Shown: positions 1 through 9,755 of the stretch, piece by piece | Layout of the letters: the number at the start of each line of letters is the position of its first letter | How positions within the stretch are numbered: position 1 is the stretch's first letter | Source of the DNA: Vicinamibacterales bacterium | GTDB lineage: Bacteria; Acidobacteriota; Vicinamibacteria; Vicinamibacterales; SCN-69-37 | Assembly: GCA_040902895.1 (NCBI GenBank) | Contig: JBBDWL010000129.1 | Span: 6,913-70,912 of the forward strand | Reading direction: 5' to 3' | Length of the DNA stretch: 64,000 bases | Made by a program: the position numbers and the translations under genes | Notes under the pieces: model-generated | Database searches by the model: none | Told to the model about the DNA's origin: nothing | Seen by the model: only the letters and a program-made list of their open reading frames with translations

Positions 1-2306
1 TTCAGGAAGAAGCGCACGGCAAGTGCGTCTTGCTCGGCGAGGCGATCCATCGACTGCGCGTCCATCAGCCGCATGTCCGGATCGACCGAGAGCGCCGCGA
101 CCGTCAGCCGCTGAGACATCGGCGCCGCGGATCCGGCGGTACGCACCAGCAGATCCACCGATGGCTGCGTGTCGATCGCGCCCGGCCGGTACAACATCGC
201 ATCGTCGGTCTTCTTGCGCGGCATGATCGTCACGTCTTTCACGACGCCGACGATCTCGTGCCACGGGCCCGGCTTGTCGGTTTCCTCCGACGGTTCGCGC
301 ACCATGAGGCCGACGGCGTTTCGGCCGCCGAGGATCAGCCGGACGAACGTCTCGTCGACGACGGCGACAGGCCGGCTGTCCTGAATCTCGCTTTCGGTGA
401 AGAGCCGCCCCGCGACGAGCGGGATTCCTACCGTCTCGAAGTAATTCGGGCCGACGCGCGCGCTGCGCGTCCACAGCACATCGTCTTCGAGCACCGCACT
501 TGCCGCAGCGGCGGGCTCTGCAAACTCCAGCTCGAATTGTTCGAACCCTGCTCCCGGCGGCTGCGACGCGTACGAGACATTCACGACGCCTGGCTCTGAC
601 TTGAGCCTCCGCGCGATCTCGCGATACGCGCGCGGCTTGTCCGCCGACTCGGGCAGCACGAGACCGGCCGTCAGGATCTGTTCGCGCGGAAACGTCACGT
701 CGTAGTCGTGCAGTCCGCGATACGCGGTCCACCCAAGCGACGCCGCGAGCGCGAGGCAGATCACCGTGACGGCGGTCTGGACGATGATGATGCCGGTCCA
801 GAGGCGGCCGAAGGTCATCGTGGAGCCGCCGGCGCCCGCTTCGCGCAGCCGTCCCTGCAGTTGTTTGCCGGTGGCCTTGAGCGCGGGCGTAACGCCCACG
901 ATGAGCGCGGCAAAGACGGCGAGTCCGAGCGCGTAGAGGATCGTCTCGGCGCTCAGGCTGTCGTTCCACCAGAACGGCCGTGGCTCTCCCTCGGCCTGCT
1001 CGATCAACTGGGTGACCCATCCCGATGCGCGCTTCGCGATGGCAAGTCCCACGGCCGCCGCGATCACCGACAGCACGAGCGCTTCGGCAAATAGCTGCGC
1101 GCTGATGCGTCCGCGGCTCGCGCCGAGCGCGGTGCGCACGGTGATTTCGCTCTCGCGCGTCGCGGTCCGCGCGAACACGAGCGTCGCGACGTTGGCGCCG
1201 CACAGCGCCAGCAGCAGAAGGAACAGCAGGTTGGCTGCGTAGAGCACCATGCGCTGCGCGGCGTTGTCGGGATCTGTCATGAACAGCGAGTCGACGTACG
1301 GGCGGATGTCGGCCGAGACGGCTGTGGCCGCGGACGCCTGCGCAGACCCCGTGGGGTCAGCGGCTGCGAGAAGTGCGTTGAGCTCCGCCTCCACCTGGTC
1401 GCTCGAGGTTCCCTCCTTCAGCCGTCCGAACATGCGGATGACGGGGCCTTCTCCGCGTTTCAGGTTCGCGGCCGGCATGGTGAGCGGCGTCCACAGATTG
1501 GTGTCGGACGGAAACGCGAAGCCCGCGGGCATCACGCCGACGATCGTGTGCGCGACAGAGCCAATGTGGACGGTGCGGCCGACGATGTTCGGGTCGCTCT
1601 GAAACCGCGCCTGCCACAGATCCTGTCCGATCACCGCTACCGGCGCCGCGCCCGGCCGCTCATCGTCTTCGACGAGCGTGCGTCCGATGAGTGGCGGCGT
1701 TGCGACCAGGTGGAAGCCCGATGCCGTCATCCGCCTGCCGCGCGCGCGTTCGGTGCGTCCGTCGCCGGTGATCAGATGCGCCTCGAGCCATGCGGCCGCG
1801 CCGAAATGTTCGACCGTCGTGATCCTGCCGCGCCAGGTGGCGAAGTCCGCGAGCGCGCGACTCTCGGCCTCGCGCGCGACGGGTTTCCATATCTGGATGC
1901 CGACGACGCGATCGCCGCCGGGGATGGGCAGGTCAGGATGGAAAAGATCTTTGACGAACTCGACGTGCGCGGCGCCTCCGCCGATGGCCACGGCGAGCGC
2001 GATGACGGCGACGATCGTGAGGCCGGGCGTCTTGACAAGCATCCGCATGCCGAGCTTCAGATCCATCGGCCATCCCGCGAGCCAGCGGAACGATCGCTCA
2101 TCGCGCTGCAGCTCTTTCGCCTGCTCGACGCCGCCAAACGCCCGCTTCGCCGCATAGCGCGCGTCTTCCCTGCTCATCCCCTTCGCGACGAACTGGTCTT
2201 CGAGCAACTGCAGGTGCGCGGAGATCTCGCGCGAAAGCTCGGACTCTGCGCGCGAAGTGCGGAGCGACAGAAAGATGCGCGAAGCGAAGCGTCTCAGTCG
2301 TGACAT
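1..2306 (-). CDS. ADOP-family (MacB/FtsX-type duplicated orphan) ABC permease, 3'-partial, runs off the left edge
   Basis: Absent from the ORF track because it stays open to the window edge. My reverse-strand translation from the ATG at complement(2304..2306) reads MSRLRRFASRIFLSLRTSRAESELSREISAHLQLLEDQFVAKGMSREDARYAAKRAFGGVEQAKELQRDERSFRWLAGWPMDLKLGMRMLVKTPGLTIVAVIALAVAIGGGAAH. This is the stereotyped N-terminus of acidobacterial ADOP permeases. The same frame is still open at nt 3 (..AQSMDRLAEQDALAVRFFL). The + strand ORFs listed here are Arg/Ala-rich shadow ORFs. The gene lies 45 nt downstream of a PadR gene. Confidence 0.8.
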   Translation of the reverse strand, partial: MSRLRRFASRIFLSLRTSRAESELSREISAHLQLLEDQFVAKGMSREDARYAAKRAFGGVEQAKELQRDERSFRWLAGWPMDLKLGMRMLVKTPGLTIVAVIALAVAIGGGAAHVEFVKDLFHPDLPIPGGDRVVGIQIWKPVAREAESRALADFATWRGRITTVEHFGAAAWLEAHLITGDGRTERARGRRMTASGFHLVATPPLIGRTLVEDDERPGAAPVAVIGQDLWQARFQSDPNIVGRTVHIGSVAHTIVGVMPAGFAFPSDTNLWTPLTMPAANLKRGEGPVIRMFGRLKEGTSSDQVEAELNALLAAADPTGSAQASAATAVSADIRPYVDSLFMTDPDNAAQRMVLYAANLLFLLLLALCGANVATLVFARTATRESEITVRTALGASRGRISAQLFAEALVLSVIAAAVGLAIAKRASGWVTQLIEQAEGEPRPFWWNDSLSAETILYALGLAVFAALIVGVTPALKATGKQLQGRLREAGAGGSTMTFGRLWTGIIIVQTAVTVICLALAASLGWTAYRGLHDYDVTFPREQILTAGLVLPESADKPRAYREIARRLKSEPGVVNVSYASQPPGAGFEQFELEFAEPAAAASAVLEDDVLWTRSARVGPNYFETVGIPLVAGRLFTESEIQDSRPVAVVDETFVRLILGGRNAVGLMVREPSEETDKPGPWHEIVGVVKDVTIMPRKKTDDAMLYRPGAIDTQPSVDLLVRTAGSAAPMSQRLTVAALSVDPDMRLMDAQSMDRLAEQDALAVRFFL

Positions 2307-2351
2307 GCCTGTAGCCTGTGGTCTGGGGCCTGTAGCCTGAGGGCCTGTGGC

Positions 2352-2708
2352 CTACGTGTTCTTGGTGAGCAGCTTGTTGACCAATCCCGACAACCGCTGC
2401 CACTTCTCCGTCTGCCGCTTCAACTCAGCGTCACCCACCTTCGTTATCTGGTAAAACTTCGCCTCGCGGTTGCTCTCGGTCTTCCCCCACGCGCCCTTGA
2501 TGTGCCCCTTGTGTTCGAGCCTCACGAGTGCGGGATAAAGCGTGCCCTGATTGAGCGACAACGGATGGTCCGACACCTGCGCCAGCCGCTCGGCCAGCGA
2601 ATACGCATGCAGGGGCCCCATGGTGGACAGGGCCCGCAGGACGATCAGGTCCAGCGTGCCCTGCAGGAGCTCGATGTTTTCACTTGGCATTCCAGTGGAG
2701 CCTGACAT
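2352..2708 (-). CDS. PadR family transcriptional regulator
   Basis: 118 aa. It has the LLQGTLDLIVLRAL..GPLHAYSLAERL...LNQGTLYPALVRLEHKGHIKGAWG winged-helix signature of PadR. An alternative start at the second Met (2690) is possible. Confidence 0.9.
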   Translation of the reverse strand: MSGSTGMPSENIELLQGTLDLIVLRALSTMGPLHAYSLAERLAQVSDHPLSLNQGTLYPALVRLEHKGHIKGAWGKTESNREAKFYQITKVGDAELKRQTEKWQRLSGLVNKLLTKNT

Positions 2709-2713
2709 CGCTT

Positions 2714-2730
2714 CACTTGGACGTCAAGTG
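2714..2730. promoter_or_regulatory. Palindrome CACTTGGACGTCAAGTG just upstream of the PadR start; candidate autoregulatory operator
   Basis: Arms CACTT/AAGTG flank a GACGTC core, 6-22 nt upstream of the annotated ATG (2708). PadR regulators usually bind palindromes in their own promoter. Assignment is by position and symmetry only. Confidence 0.3.
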
Positions 2731-2881
2731 GATGGAGAAAGTTCCGGGATTAGCCGGGCCGCAGGTAGGCGTTCAGAATCGCCATCATGACCGCCACCTG
2801 CCCTATCCAGAAGACCATCGCGCCTCGCCGGGAGTCAAGCGTCGAGACCGGTGTCGCGCCCTCACGGCGCGGCCCGAACAT

Positions 2882-4006
2882 TCACCGGGCCAGCGCCGCT
2901 TTCACGCGCTCGATAGGAAGCGCTTCGACCGTCCGTCCATTTCCCGTCACCGTTGTGGCCTTCAGCAGCGAGTTGTAGATCGCCTCTTCGGTGGCGTCGA
3001 GCACGGCCGAGAACAGGCGCGAGACGCCGTCGGTTGGCAGCACCGTACGTGCCTGCGGATCGGCCGCGCCCATCGTCACGCGCAGCGAGGGATGTGTGGA
3101 GAAGGCGATGGCGAAGTCGCCGCTGCCGTTCGAGTAGCTCGAGCCGGTGCGCGCCATGGCGAAGATCGCGCGCGCAGCGAGGCGCGTCAGATCGCGCGCG
3201 TCGAGCGGGGCGTCGGTGGCCACGACGATCATGCAGGACCCGTCTTCCTTCACGGCGGGGACCCCTGCACCCCGCGCCGCTCCTCGGCCCGGGCCTGCGA
3301 TCGGGCGCCCATCGATCCGCAGCGCGCCGCCGTAGTTGGTCTGCACGACCACGCCCACCGTCCAGTCACCCTGCCCACCGCTGCGCGCTACTTTGCGTGA
3401 TGACGTGCCGATGCCGCCTTTCCATCCGAACGCGACAGTGCCGGTGCCCGCCCCAACAGATCCCTCGAGCACCGCGCCCGCCGAAGCCTTGGTAATAGCT
3501 TCCACGACATGCTGCGGCCGCACGTGCATGCCGCGGATGTCGTTGAGCGCGCCGTCGTTGGTTTCGCCGACGAGCGCGTTCACCGAGCGCACCTGCTCGT
3601 TCCCCGGCTGGGCGAGCGTCCAGCGGACGACGCCTTCGATGCCGGCCCCGACTGACAGCGTGTTGGTGAGAACAATCGGTGTTTCGATCGTGCCGAGCTC
3701 CTCGACCTGCGTGGATCCCGCCAGCTTCCCGAAGGCATTGCCTATGAAAACCGCGCCCGCAACCTTCTCGCGGAACACGTTGCCCCCGTGAGGGACGATT
3801 GCGGTCACGCCTGTGCGGATGGTCTCGCCCTGCACCAGCGTGACGTGTCCGACCCGGACGCCTTCGACGTCGGTGATGGCGTTGTGGGCCCCCGTCGGCA
3901 GGCTGCCCGGAGTAATGCCGAGGTCGCGCGCCCGCGGGCGTTCCGAAGGACCCTGCGGCACCAGAAGCGAGGCGGCCGCCAGCGCCGTCATCAGGACTCG
4001 AATCAT
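2882..4006 (-). CDS. P1/S58 (DmpA-like) family aminopeptidase, secreted
   Basis: The ORF is 2882..4069. I place the start at the internal Met (MIRVLMTALAAASLLVPQG), which gives a signal peptide. Motifs typical of DmpA/peptidase S58: NAITDVEGVRVGH, GVTAI, GAGTGTVAFGWKGGIGTSS, CMIVVATDAPL. Confidence 0.8.
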   Translation of the reverse strand: MIRVLMTALAAASLLVPQGPSERPRARDLGITPGSLPTGAHNAITDVEGVRVGHVTLVQGETIRTGVTAIVPHGGNVFREKVAGAVFIGNAFGKLAGSTQVEELGTIETPIVLTNTLSVGAGIEGVVRWTLAQPGNEQVRSVNALVGETNDGALNDIRGMHVRPQHVVEAITKASAGAVLEGSVGAGTGTVAFGWKGGIGTSSRKVARSGGQGDWTVGVVVQTNYGGALRIDGRPIAGPGRGAARGAGVPAVKEDGSCMIVVATDAPLDARDLTRLAARAIFAMARTGSSYSNGSGDFAIAFSTHPSLRVTMGAADPQARTVLPTDGVSRLFSAVLDATEEAIYNSLLKATTVTGNGRTVEALPIERVKAALAR

Positions 4007-4092
4007 CTGTATCCCCCTCAGCCCGTTTTGAGAATAATAGGCGCATCGCGGACCACACGCAGGCCTCAAGGCCTGCGCTACCGGAGGTTTTC

Positions 4093-7053
4093 ATGTACCG
4101 TCGCCGATCTTCGCGCGCCACCGCGTTACTCGTGGCCTTTGCGTTCTTTGTCTCTGTACCCGTGGCAGGCGTCGCCCAGCAGCGCGCCGTCGCGACGAAG
4201 AAGCCGCTCACCTACGACACCTACGACTATTGGCGCTCCATCGCCGGCACAGAGCTCTCGCGCGACGGCAACTGGCTGGCGTACGCGCTCACATCCGAAG
4301 CCGAAGACAGCGAGCTGATCGTCGTCAACCTTGGCACGAAGCAGCAGTTCAAGCAGGCCAGAGGCACCGACCCGTCGTTCACGCCGGATGGCAAGTTCGT
4401 GGTGTTCACACTGCAGGCGCCAAAGGCCGACGTCGAGAAAGCGCGCAAGGCGAACACACGTGACGAGGACATGCCGAAGAACGGCGCCGGTGTGATGTCG
4501 CTGTCCGACGGCAAGGTCACGCTCGTCGAAAAAGTCGGAACCGTCCGCATGCCGGCCGAGTCTTCGGCATGGGTTGCCTTCCATCGCCCGCGCGCGGCTG
4601 CGGCCGGGCGCGGCGGACGCCAGGGCGGCGGACGTCGGGGTGGCGGCGCGCCGGAACCGGCCCCACAGACAGCACCGCCGGGCCAGACACCGCCAGCTGC
4701 AGGCGAACCACAGACTGAAGCGGCGCGTCCCGGCGAGCCACGTGAGAAGCGCAAGGACGCCGGCGTCGATCTGATCGTCCGCAATCTCACCACGGGCGAA
4801 GAGTTCACCATTCCCCTGGTCAGCGAGTTCGCCTGGTCGCGTGACGGCGCGTATCTCGCCTACGCCGTGTCATCCGCGAAGGCCGAGGAGGATGGCGCGT
4901 TCGTGCGCACGATGAACGGCGGCGCCGTCACGAAGCTGCATGCCGGAAAAGGCAATTACAAGAGTTTCGCGTTCGACGAGGCCGGCAAGCAGCTCGCGTT
5001 CCTGAGCGATCAGGCCGAGTACGAGAAAGAAGTTGCGCCGTACCGTCTTTATTACTGGATGGCAGCGGATGCCGCCGCGACGGAGCTCGTGTCGGCCGCG
5101 ACGCCTGGCATGCCTGCCGGGATGGTTGTCAGCGATCAGGGCGCGCCGCGCTTCACGGAAGATGGACAGCGGCTGACGCTCGGTACGGCGCCGCCTCCGC
5201 CGGCGCCGCGCGCGCCGGATGCGACGGGGCCGATCGCGGTCGACCTGTGGCATTACAAGGATCCACTGCTGCAGCCGATGCAGCGGGTGCGCGCGACGCA
5301 GGAGCGCAATCGCAACTACCGCGCGGTCGTGCATCTGGCCGACAAGCGGTTCGTGCAGCTTGCCACGCCGGAGCTGCCGAACGTCACCGTCGATCAGTAC
5401 GATCCCGCACGCGCGCTCGGCACGTCCGACGTCCCGTACCGCCAGGAGATCTCCTGGGATCAGACCTACAACGACATCTATCTGGTTGATGTCAGGACCG
5501 GCCAGCGGCAGCAAGCACTCACTCGCGCGGGATCGAACGCGTCACGCTCGCCGGATGGCAAGTACCTGCTGTATCTCGATCGCGAAAAGGGACACTGGTT
5601 TACGCATCGCGTCGCCGATGGCGCGAGTGTCAATCTCACGGAGAAGCTGCCGGTCAAGTTCGTGCAGGAGGACCACGATACGCCGAATCTGCCAGGCGCG
5701 TACGGCACCGGAGGGTGGACGGCGAACGACGCTTCCGTGCTCGTGTACGACCAATTCGACATCTGGGAGGTCAAGCCTGACGGCACGGGCGCGCGGATGA
5801 TCACCAACGGCGAAGGACGGAAACGAGGTCTGGCGTTTCGATACCGTTCGCTCGATCCGGAGCAGCGTGCGGTGCCGACTGACAAGCCGATGCTGCTGTC
5901 GGCGATGGACGATCGCACCAAGGCGACCGGCTTCTATCGGGTGCCGTTCAACGGCTCCACGCCGCCCGCGAAGCTCGTGATGCTCGACAAGGCGTTCGGC
6001 GCGCCTATCAAGGCGCGCAACGCCGATCGCCTCGTGTTCACGCTGTCGCGCTTCGAGGAGTTTCCCGACCTGTGGGTGAGCGACACGAGCTTCTCGAAGA
6101 TGGAGCGGCTCTCGAACGCCAACCCGCAGCAGGAGGAGTACAACTGGGGCAAGGCGGAGCTGATCGACTACATCAATGCCGACGGCAAGAAGCTGCGCTC
6201 GATCCTGATCAAGCCGGATGACTTCGATCCGTCGAAGAAGTATCCGATGATGGTCTATATCTACGAGCAGCTCGCCGACGGCCTGCACTCGTACCGCCGG
6301 CCCGGCCCCGGCACGAGCGTGACGGTCACGCGGTACGTCAGCAACGGCTATGTCGTGCTGCTGCCCGACATCGTCTACGGTACCGGCTACCCCGGCGAAG
6401 CGGCGGAGAAGTGCGTCATTCCCGCGGTCAACACCGTGCTGGCCATGAACTTCGTCGATCCGACGCGCGTCGGCATTCAGGGCCACTCATGGGGCGGCTA
6501 TCAGATCACGCACCTGATCACGCGCACCAACATCTTCCGCGCGGTGCAGGCGGGCGCGTCGGTGACGAACATGATCAGCGCGTACGGCGGCATCCGCTGG
6601 GGCAGCGGCATGTCGCGCGCGTTCCAGTACGAGAGGACCCAGAGCCGCATCGGCGCGCCGCCGTGGGACGCCCCGCTGCAGTTCATCGAGAACTCGCCGA
6701 TCTTCTGGGTCGAGAAGGTGCAGACGCCGTACCTCACCATCCACAACGATGCCGACGATGCGGTGCCGTGGTATCAGGCGATCGAGTTCTTCTCGGCACT
6801 GCGCCGGCTGGGGAAGGAAGCGTACTTCTTCAACTACAACACGGAGCTGCACGGCCTGCGCAACCGCGACAACATGAAGCACTGGACCGTGCATCAGGAC
6901 GAGTTCTTCGATCACTTCCTGAAGGACGCGCCGAAGCCGGAGTGGATGGAGAAGGGCGTGCCGTATCTCGAGCGCGGCACCAGGGACGTGTCGCACCTGT
7001 TCAAGCGGAAGACGGCGGCCGAGACGACGCAGAATGGGAAGACGAAAGACTGA
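4093..7053 (+). CDS. S9 prolyl-oligopeptidase family serine peptidase with N-terminal beta-propeller region
   Basis: 986 aa with signal peptide MYRRRSSRATALLVAFAFFVSVPVAGVAQQ. The C-terminal alpha/beta hydrolase domain has the nucleophile motif GIQGHSWGGY, then HNDADDAVP and ELHG. The N-terminal half has TolB/DPP-IV-like repeats (SPDGKYL, TPDGKFV). Confidence 0.9.
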   Translation: MYRRRSSRATALLVAFAFFVSVPVAGVAQQRAVATKKPLTYDTYDYWRSIAGTELSRDGNWLAYALTSEAEDSELIVVNLGTKQQFKQARGTDPSFTPDGKFVVFTLQAPKADVEKARKANTRDEDMPKNGAGVMSLSDGKVTLVEKVGTVRMPAESSAWVAFHRPRAAAAGRGGRQGGGRRGGGAPEPAPQTAPPGQTPPAAGEPQTEAARPGEPREKRKDAGVDLIVRNLTTGEEFTIPLVSEFAWSRDGAYLAYAVSSAKAEEDGAFVRTMNGGAVTKLHAGKGNYKSFAFDEAGKQLAFLSDQAEYEKEVAPYRLYYWMAADAAATELVSAATPGMPAGMVVSDQGAPRFTEDGQRLTLGTAPPPPAPRAPDATGPIAVDLWHYKDPLLQPMQRVRATQERNRNYRAVVHLADKRFVQLATPELPNVTVDQYDPARALGTSDVPYRQEISWDQTYNDIYLVDVRTGQRQQALTRAGSNASRSPDGKYLLYLDREKGHWFTHRVADGASVNLTEKLPVKFVQEDHDTPNLPGAYGTGGWTANDASVLVYDQFDIWEVKPDGTGARMITNGEGRKRGLAFRYRSLDPEQRAVPTDKPMLLSAMDDRTKATGFYRVPFNGSTPPAKLVMLDKAFGAPIKARNADRLVFTLSRFEEFPDLWVSDTSFSKMERLSNANPQQEEYNWGKAELIDYINADGKKLRSILIKPDDFDPSKKYPMMVYIYEQLADGLHSYRRPGPGTSVTVTRYVSNGYVVLLPDIVYGTGYPGEAAEKCVIPAVNTVLAMNFVDPTRVGIQGHSWGGYQITHLITRTNIFRAVQAGASVTNMISAYGGIRWGSGMSRAFQYERTQSRIGAPPWDAPLQFIENSPIFWVEKVQTPYLTIHNDADDAVPWYQAIEFFSALRRLGKEAYFFNYNTELHGLRNRDNMKHWTVHQDEFFDHFLKDAPKPEWMEKGVPYLERGTRDVSHLFKRKTAAETTQNGKTKD

Positions 7054-7088
7054 AGACGAAAGAAATTGAGACGCGTCGCATTTTCTGA

Positions 7089-7116
7089 TTGACCGACTAA
7101 TTTGGTCGGATATAGG
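7089..7116 (+). promoter_or_regulatory. Candidate sigma70-type promoter (TTGACC-16 nt-TATAGG) upstream of the TonB-dependent receptor
   Basis: TTGACC at 7089-7094 and TATAGG at 7111-7116. The spacer contains the small hairpin CCGAC-N7-GTCGG. A GAGGGA Shine-Dalgarno sequence precedes the ATG at 7160. Pattern match only. Confidence 0.3.
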
Positions 7117-7159
7117 ATCCCTTGCTAGTTGAGACTTTTCTCAGTTAGCGAGGGATTCC

Positions 7160-9598
7160 ATGTTTCGTTCGAGTGTGTGGTGCGTGCTTCTTTTCACGTT
7201 TTTCGGTTTCAGCCAGGCTCAGGCGCAAACAGCCGGCCTTGCGGGACGCGTGGTTTCGCAGGCCGGGGCACCGGTGCCCGGCGCACAGGTCACCGTTCAG
7301 GCCATCCCGGGCGCACCTTCGATCGTCCTTGCAGACCCCAATGGCCGATTTGCCCTCACGGCGCTGGCACCCGGCGAGTATCGGATTAGCGCACGGGCCA
7401 TCGGCTTTTCACCCGTCACCGAACGAGTGACGGTCGGAGCCGCTCAGCCGTCCGATGTCACGCTGGTCCTGCCCGAAATCGTGCGCGAGCGCGTCGACGT
7501 CGTCGGGCACGCGAGCCTGCGGGCGCGGATTCCGGGTTCAGCCTGGGTGATCGACCGCCATGAGATGGAGAAGCTGACTGCCGCCACGGGCGACATCCAT
7601 CGGATGCTGCGGCAGGTGCCGGGGCTGAACATTCAGGAAGAAGAGGGGTACGGCCTGCGCCCGAATATCGGCATGCGCGGCTCCGGCACCGACCGCAGCA
7701 GCAAGATCACGATGATGGAAGACGGCGTGCTGATCGCACCGGCGCCGTACTCGGCGCCGGCGGCGTACTACTCGCCAACGGCCGGCCGGATGGAGTCACT
7801 CGAAGTGCGCAAGGGATCGAGCCAAATCAAGTACGGGCCGATCACCACCGGAGGCGTGCTGAATTACGTCTCGACGAGCATACCGTCGGGACTGCAGCTT
7901 CGCGGAACCGTGACGGGGGGCACGCACGGCACGGGGAAAATCACGGCGGGCGCCGGCGATTCCTATCGCACCTTCGGCTGGCTCGTCGAGACCTTCCAGT
8001 TGCGCACCGATGGCTTCAAGGAGCTCGACGGCGGCGGCAACACGGGCGTCGAACTGGCCGACTACCTGGCGAAGGTGCGGTTCAACACCACACCCAGCGA
8101 CACCTTCTACCAGGAGCTTGAAATCAAGCTTGGCCGAACCGAGCAGACGGGCGATGAGACGTACCTCGGCCTGACGGATGCCGACTTTTCCGCGACGCCG
8201 CTCCGCCGGTACGCCGCCTCGCAGGAGGACGTCATCGAGACGACGCACGAGCAGTATCAGGCGCGTCACTTCCTCGCGCGGCCCAACTGGGACCTGACGA
8301 CCACCGCCTATCGCAACGACTTCTCGCGGGCGTGGTACAAGCTGCAGAGCGTGCTCGGCGCAGGATTGGCCGGCGTGCTCAGCGCGCCCGACCGCAACGC
8401 AGAACGCATGGCCGCGCTCACCGGCGGCGACAGTGCTGCGAATGCGCTGGTCATCCGAAATAACAATCGCGGTTACTACAGCGCGGGCGTTCAGTCGGTG
8501 CTGGGCTTCTCGCTGTCGGCCGGCGCGCTCCGGCATCAGGTTGAAGCCGGCGTTCGTTATCACAACGACGAGGAGGATCGCTTCCAGCAGGACGATGGGT
8601 ACCAGACGCTGGAGGGGCGAATGATCCTGACCCGGGCCGGCGCTCCGGGCAGCCAGGAGAATCGCGTTGTCGGCGCGAGCGCCGTCGCCGGATTTGTCTC
8701 GGACACAATCACGTGGGGCCGGTGGAGCGTCTCGCCCGGCCTTCGCTACGAGAACATCACGCTGGACCAGACGACGTACGCCTCCACTGATCCTGCGCGG
8801 AGCGGCTCCACAACGGATGTAAGAACCGAGGTCGATGCCGTCATCCCCGGCATCGGGTTCAGCTACGACCTTCGCCCCGGCGCGAGCCTCTTCTGCGGCG
8901 TGCACAAGGGATTCGCCCCGCCGGGACCGGGCGCGGCGGAAGGCACCGCGGTTGAACACAGCGTCAACTACGAGTTCGGCACGCGCGTCCGGCGCGCTGC
9001 TGTGAGCACCGAGGTCATCGGGTTCTTCAACAACTACGGCAATCTCCTGGGGCGTGACACGCTGGCGACCGGCGGCAGCGGCGACGGCGCGCTGTTCAAC
9101 GGTGGCAAGGCCCAGGTGTACGGCCTCGAGGCGGCGTTCCAGTGGAATCCGGCCCCGGCGCTGGGGCTCGCGTCCGCGCTGCCCATCCGCCTGGCGTACA
9201 CCTTCACCCACGCGGAGTTCCGGAACAGTTTTCAGAGCCGGTTCGGGCCCTGGGGCAACGTCGGCATTGGCGACGAGCTCCCGTACGTGCCGCGGCATCA
9301 GCTGTACGCGAGCATCGAAACGGATCATGAGAGATGGCAGACGAGGCTCGAAGGGGTGTACGTCGGCCGGATGCGCACGCTGGCGGGGCAGGGCGCGCAT
9401 GTGCCCGGCGATTCCACGGACGCGCACCTTGTCCTGAACGTGTCGGGGGAATACGAGCTCACCAACGGCGCGTCGCTGTTTGCGAGCGTGCAGAATCTCG
9501 CCGACAGCTCCTACATCGTTGCCAGGCATCCCGCAGGCGTTCGACCGGGGCTGCCTCGTTCGTTCCAGGCAGGTCTCAGGATCGGCCTGACCCGATGA
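7160..9598 (+). CDS. TonB-dependent receptor with N-terminal carboxypeptidase-regulatory-like domain
   Basis: 812 aa. It has a signal peptide and a CarboxypepD_reg-like segment (LAGRVVSQAGAPVPGAQVTV...GRFALTALAPGEYRISA). The plug domain reads RMLRQVPGLNIQEEEGYGLRPNIGMRGSG...MEDGVLIAPAPYS, followed by a long beta-barrel. Confidence 0.9.
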   Translation: MFRSSVWCVLLFTFFGFSQAQAQTAGLAGRVVSQAGAPVPGAQVTVQAIPGAPSIVLADPNGRFALTALAPGEYRISARAIGFSPVTERVTVGAAQPSDVTLVLPEIVRERVDVVGHASLRARIPGSAWVIDRHEMEKLTAATGDIHRMLRQVPGLNIQEEEGYGLRPNIGMRGSGTDRSSKITMMEDGVLIAPAPYSAPAAYYSPTAGRMESLEVRKGSSQIKYGPITTGGVLNYVSTSIPSGLQLRGTVTGGTHGTGKITAGAGDSYRTFGWLVETFQLRTDGFKELDGGGNTGVELADYLAKVRFNTTPSDTFYQELEIKLGRTEQTGDETYLGLTDADFSATPLRRYAASQEDVIETTHEQYQARHFLARPNWDLTTTAYRNDFSRAWYKLQSVLGAGLAGVLSAPDRNAERMAALTGGDSAANALVIRNNNRGYYSAGVQSVLGFSLSAGALRHQVEAGVRYHNDEEDRFQQDDGYQTLEGRMILTRAGAPGSQENRVVGASAVAGFVSDTITWGRWSVSPGLRYENITLDQTTYASTDPARSGSTTDVRTEVDAVIPGIGFSYDLRPGASLFCGVHKGFAPPGPGAAEGTAVEHSVNYEFGTRVRRAAVSTEVIGFFNNYGNLLGRDTLATGGSGDGALFNGGKAQVYGLEAAFQWNPAPALGLASALPIRLAYTFTHAEFRNSFQSRFGPWGNVGIGDELPYVPRHQLYASIETDHERWQTRLEGVYVGRMRTLAGQGAHVPGDSTDAHLVLNVSGEYELTNGASLFASVQNLADSSYIVARHPAGVRPGLPRSFQAGLRIGLTR

Positions 9599-9755
9599 AA
9601 CCGGCCACGCGGGCCACGGGTCGACCCGCCGCGAGCTTTTCTCGAAGCGGGCAGCAGCGAGTACCATCTCGTTCCATGTCTGAACGATCATCCGGCCTGG
9701 ATAGATGCGATGGTGTCGCTCGTCGAGCGCGAGGCACTCGGCTGGCTGGGCGCGC

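Noticed and set aside
2852-2870. Hairpin CGCGCC-CTCAC-GGCGCG as terminator of the S58 peptidase gene
   Set aside because: It has a short stem and no U-run on the relevant strand, so the evidence is insufficient to call a terminator.
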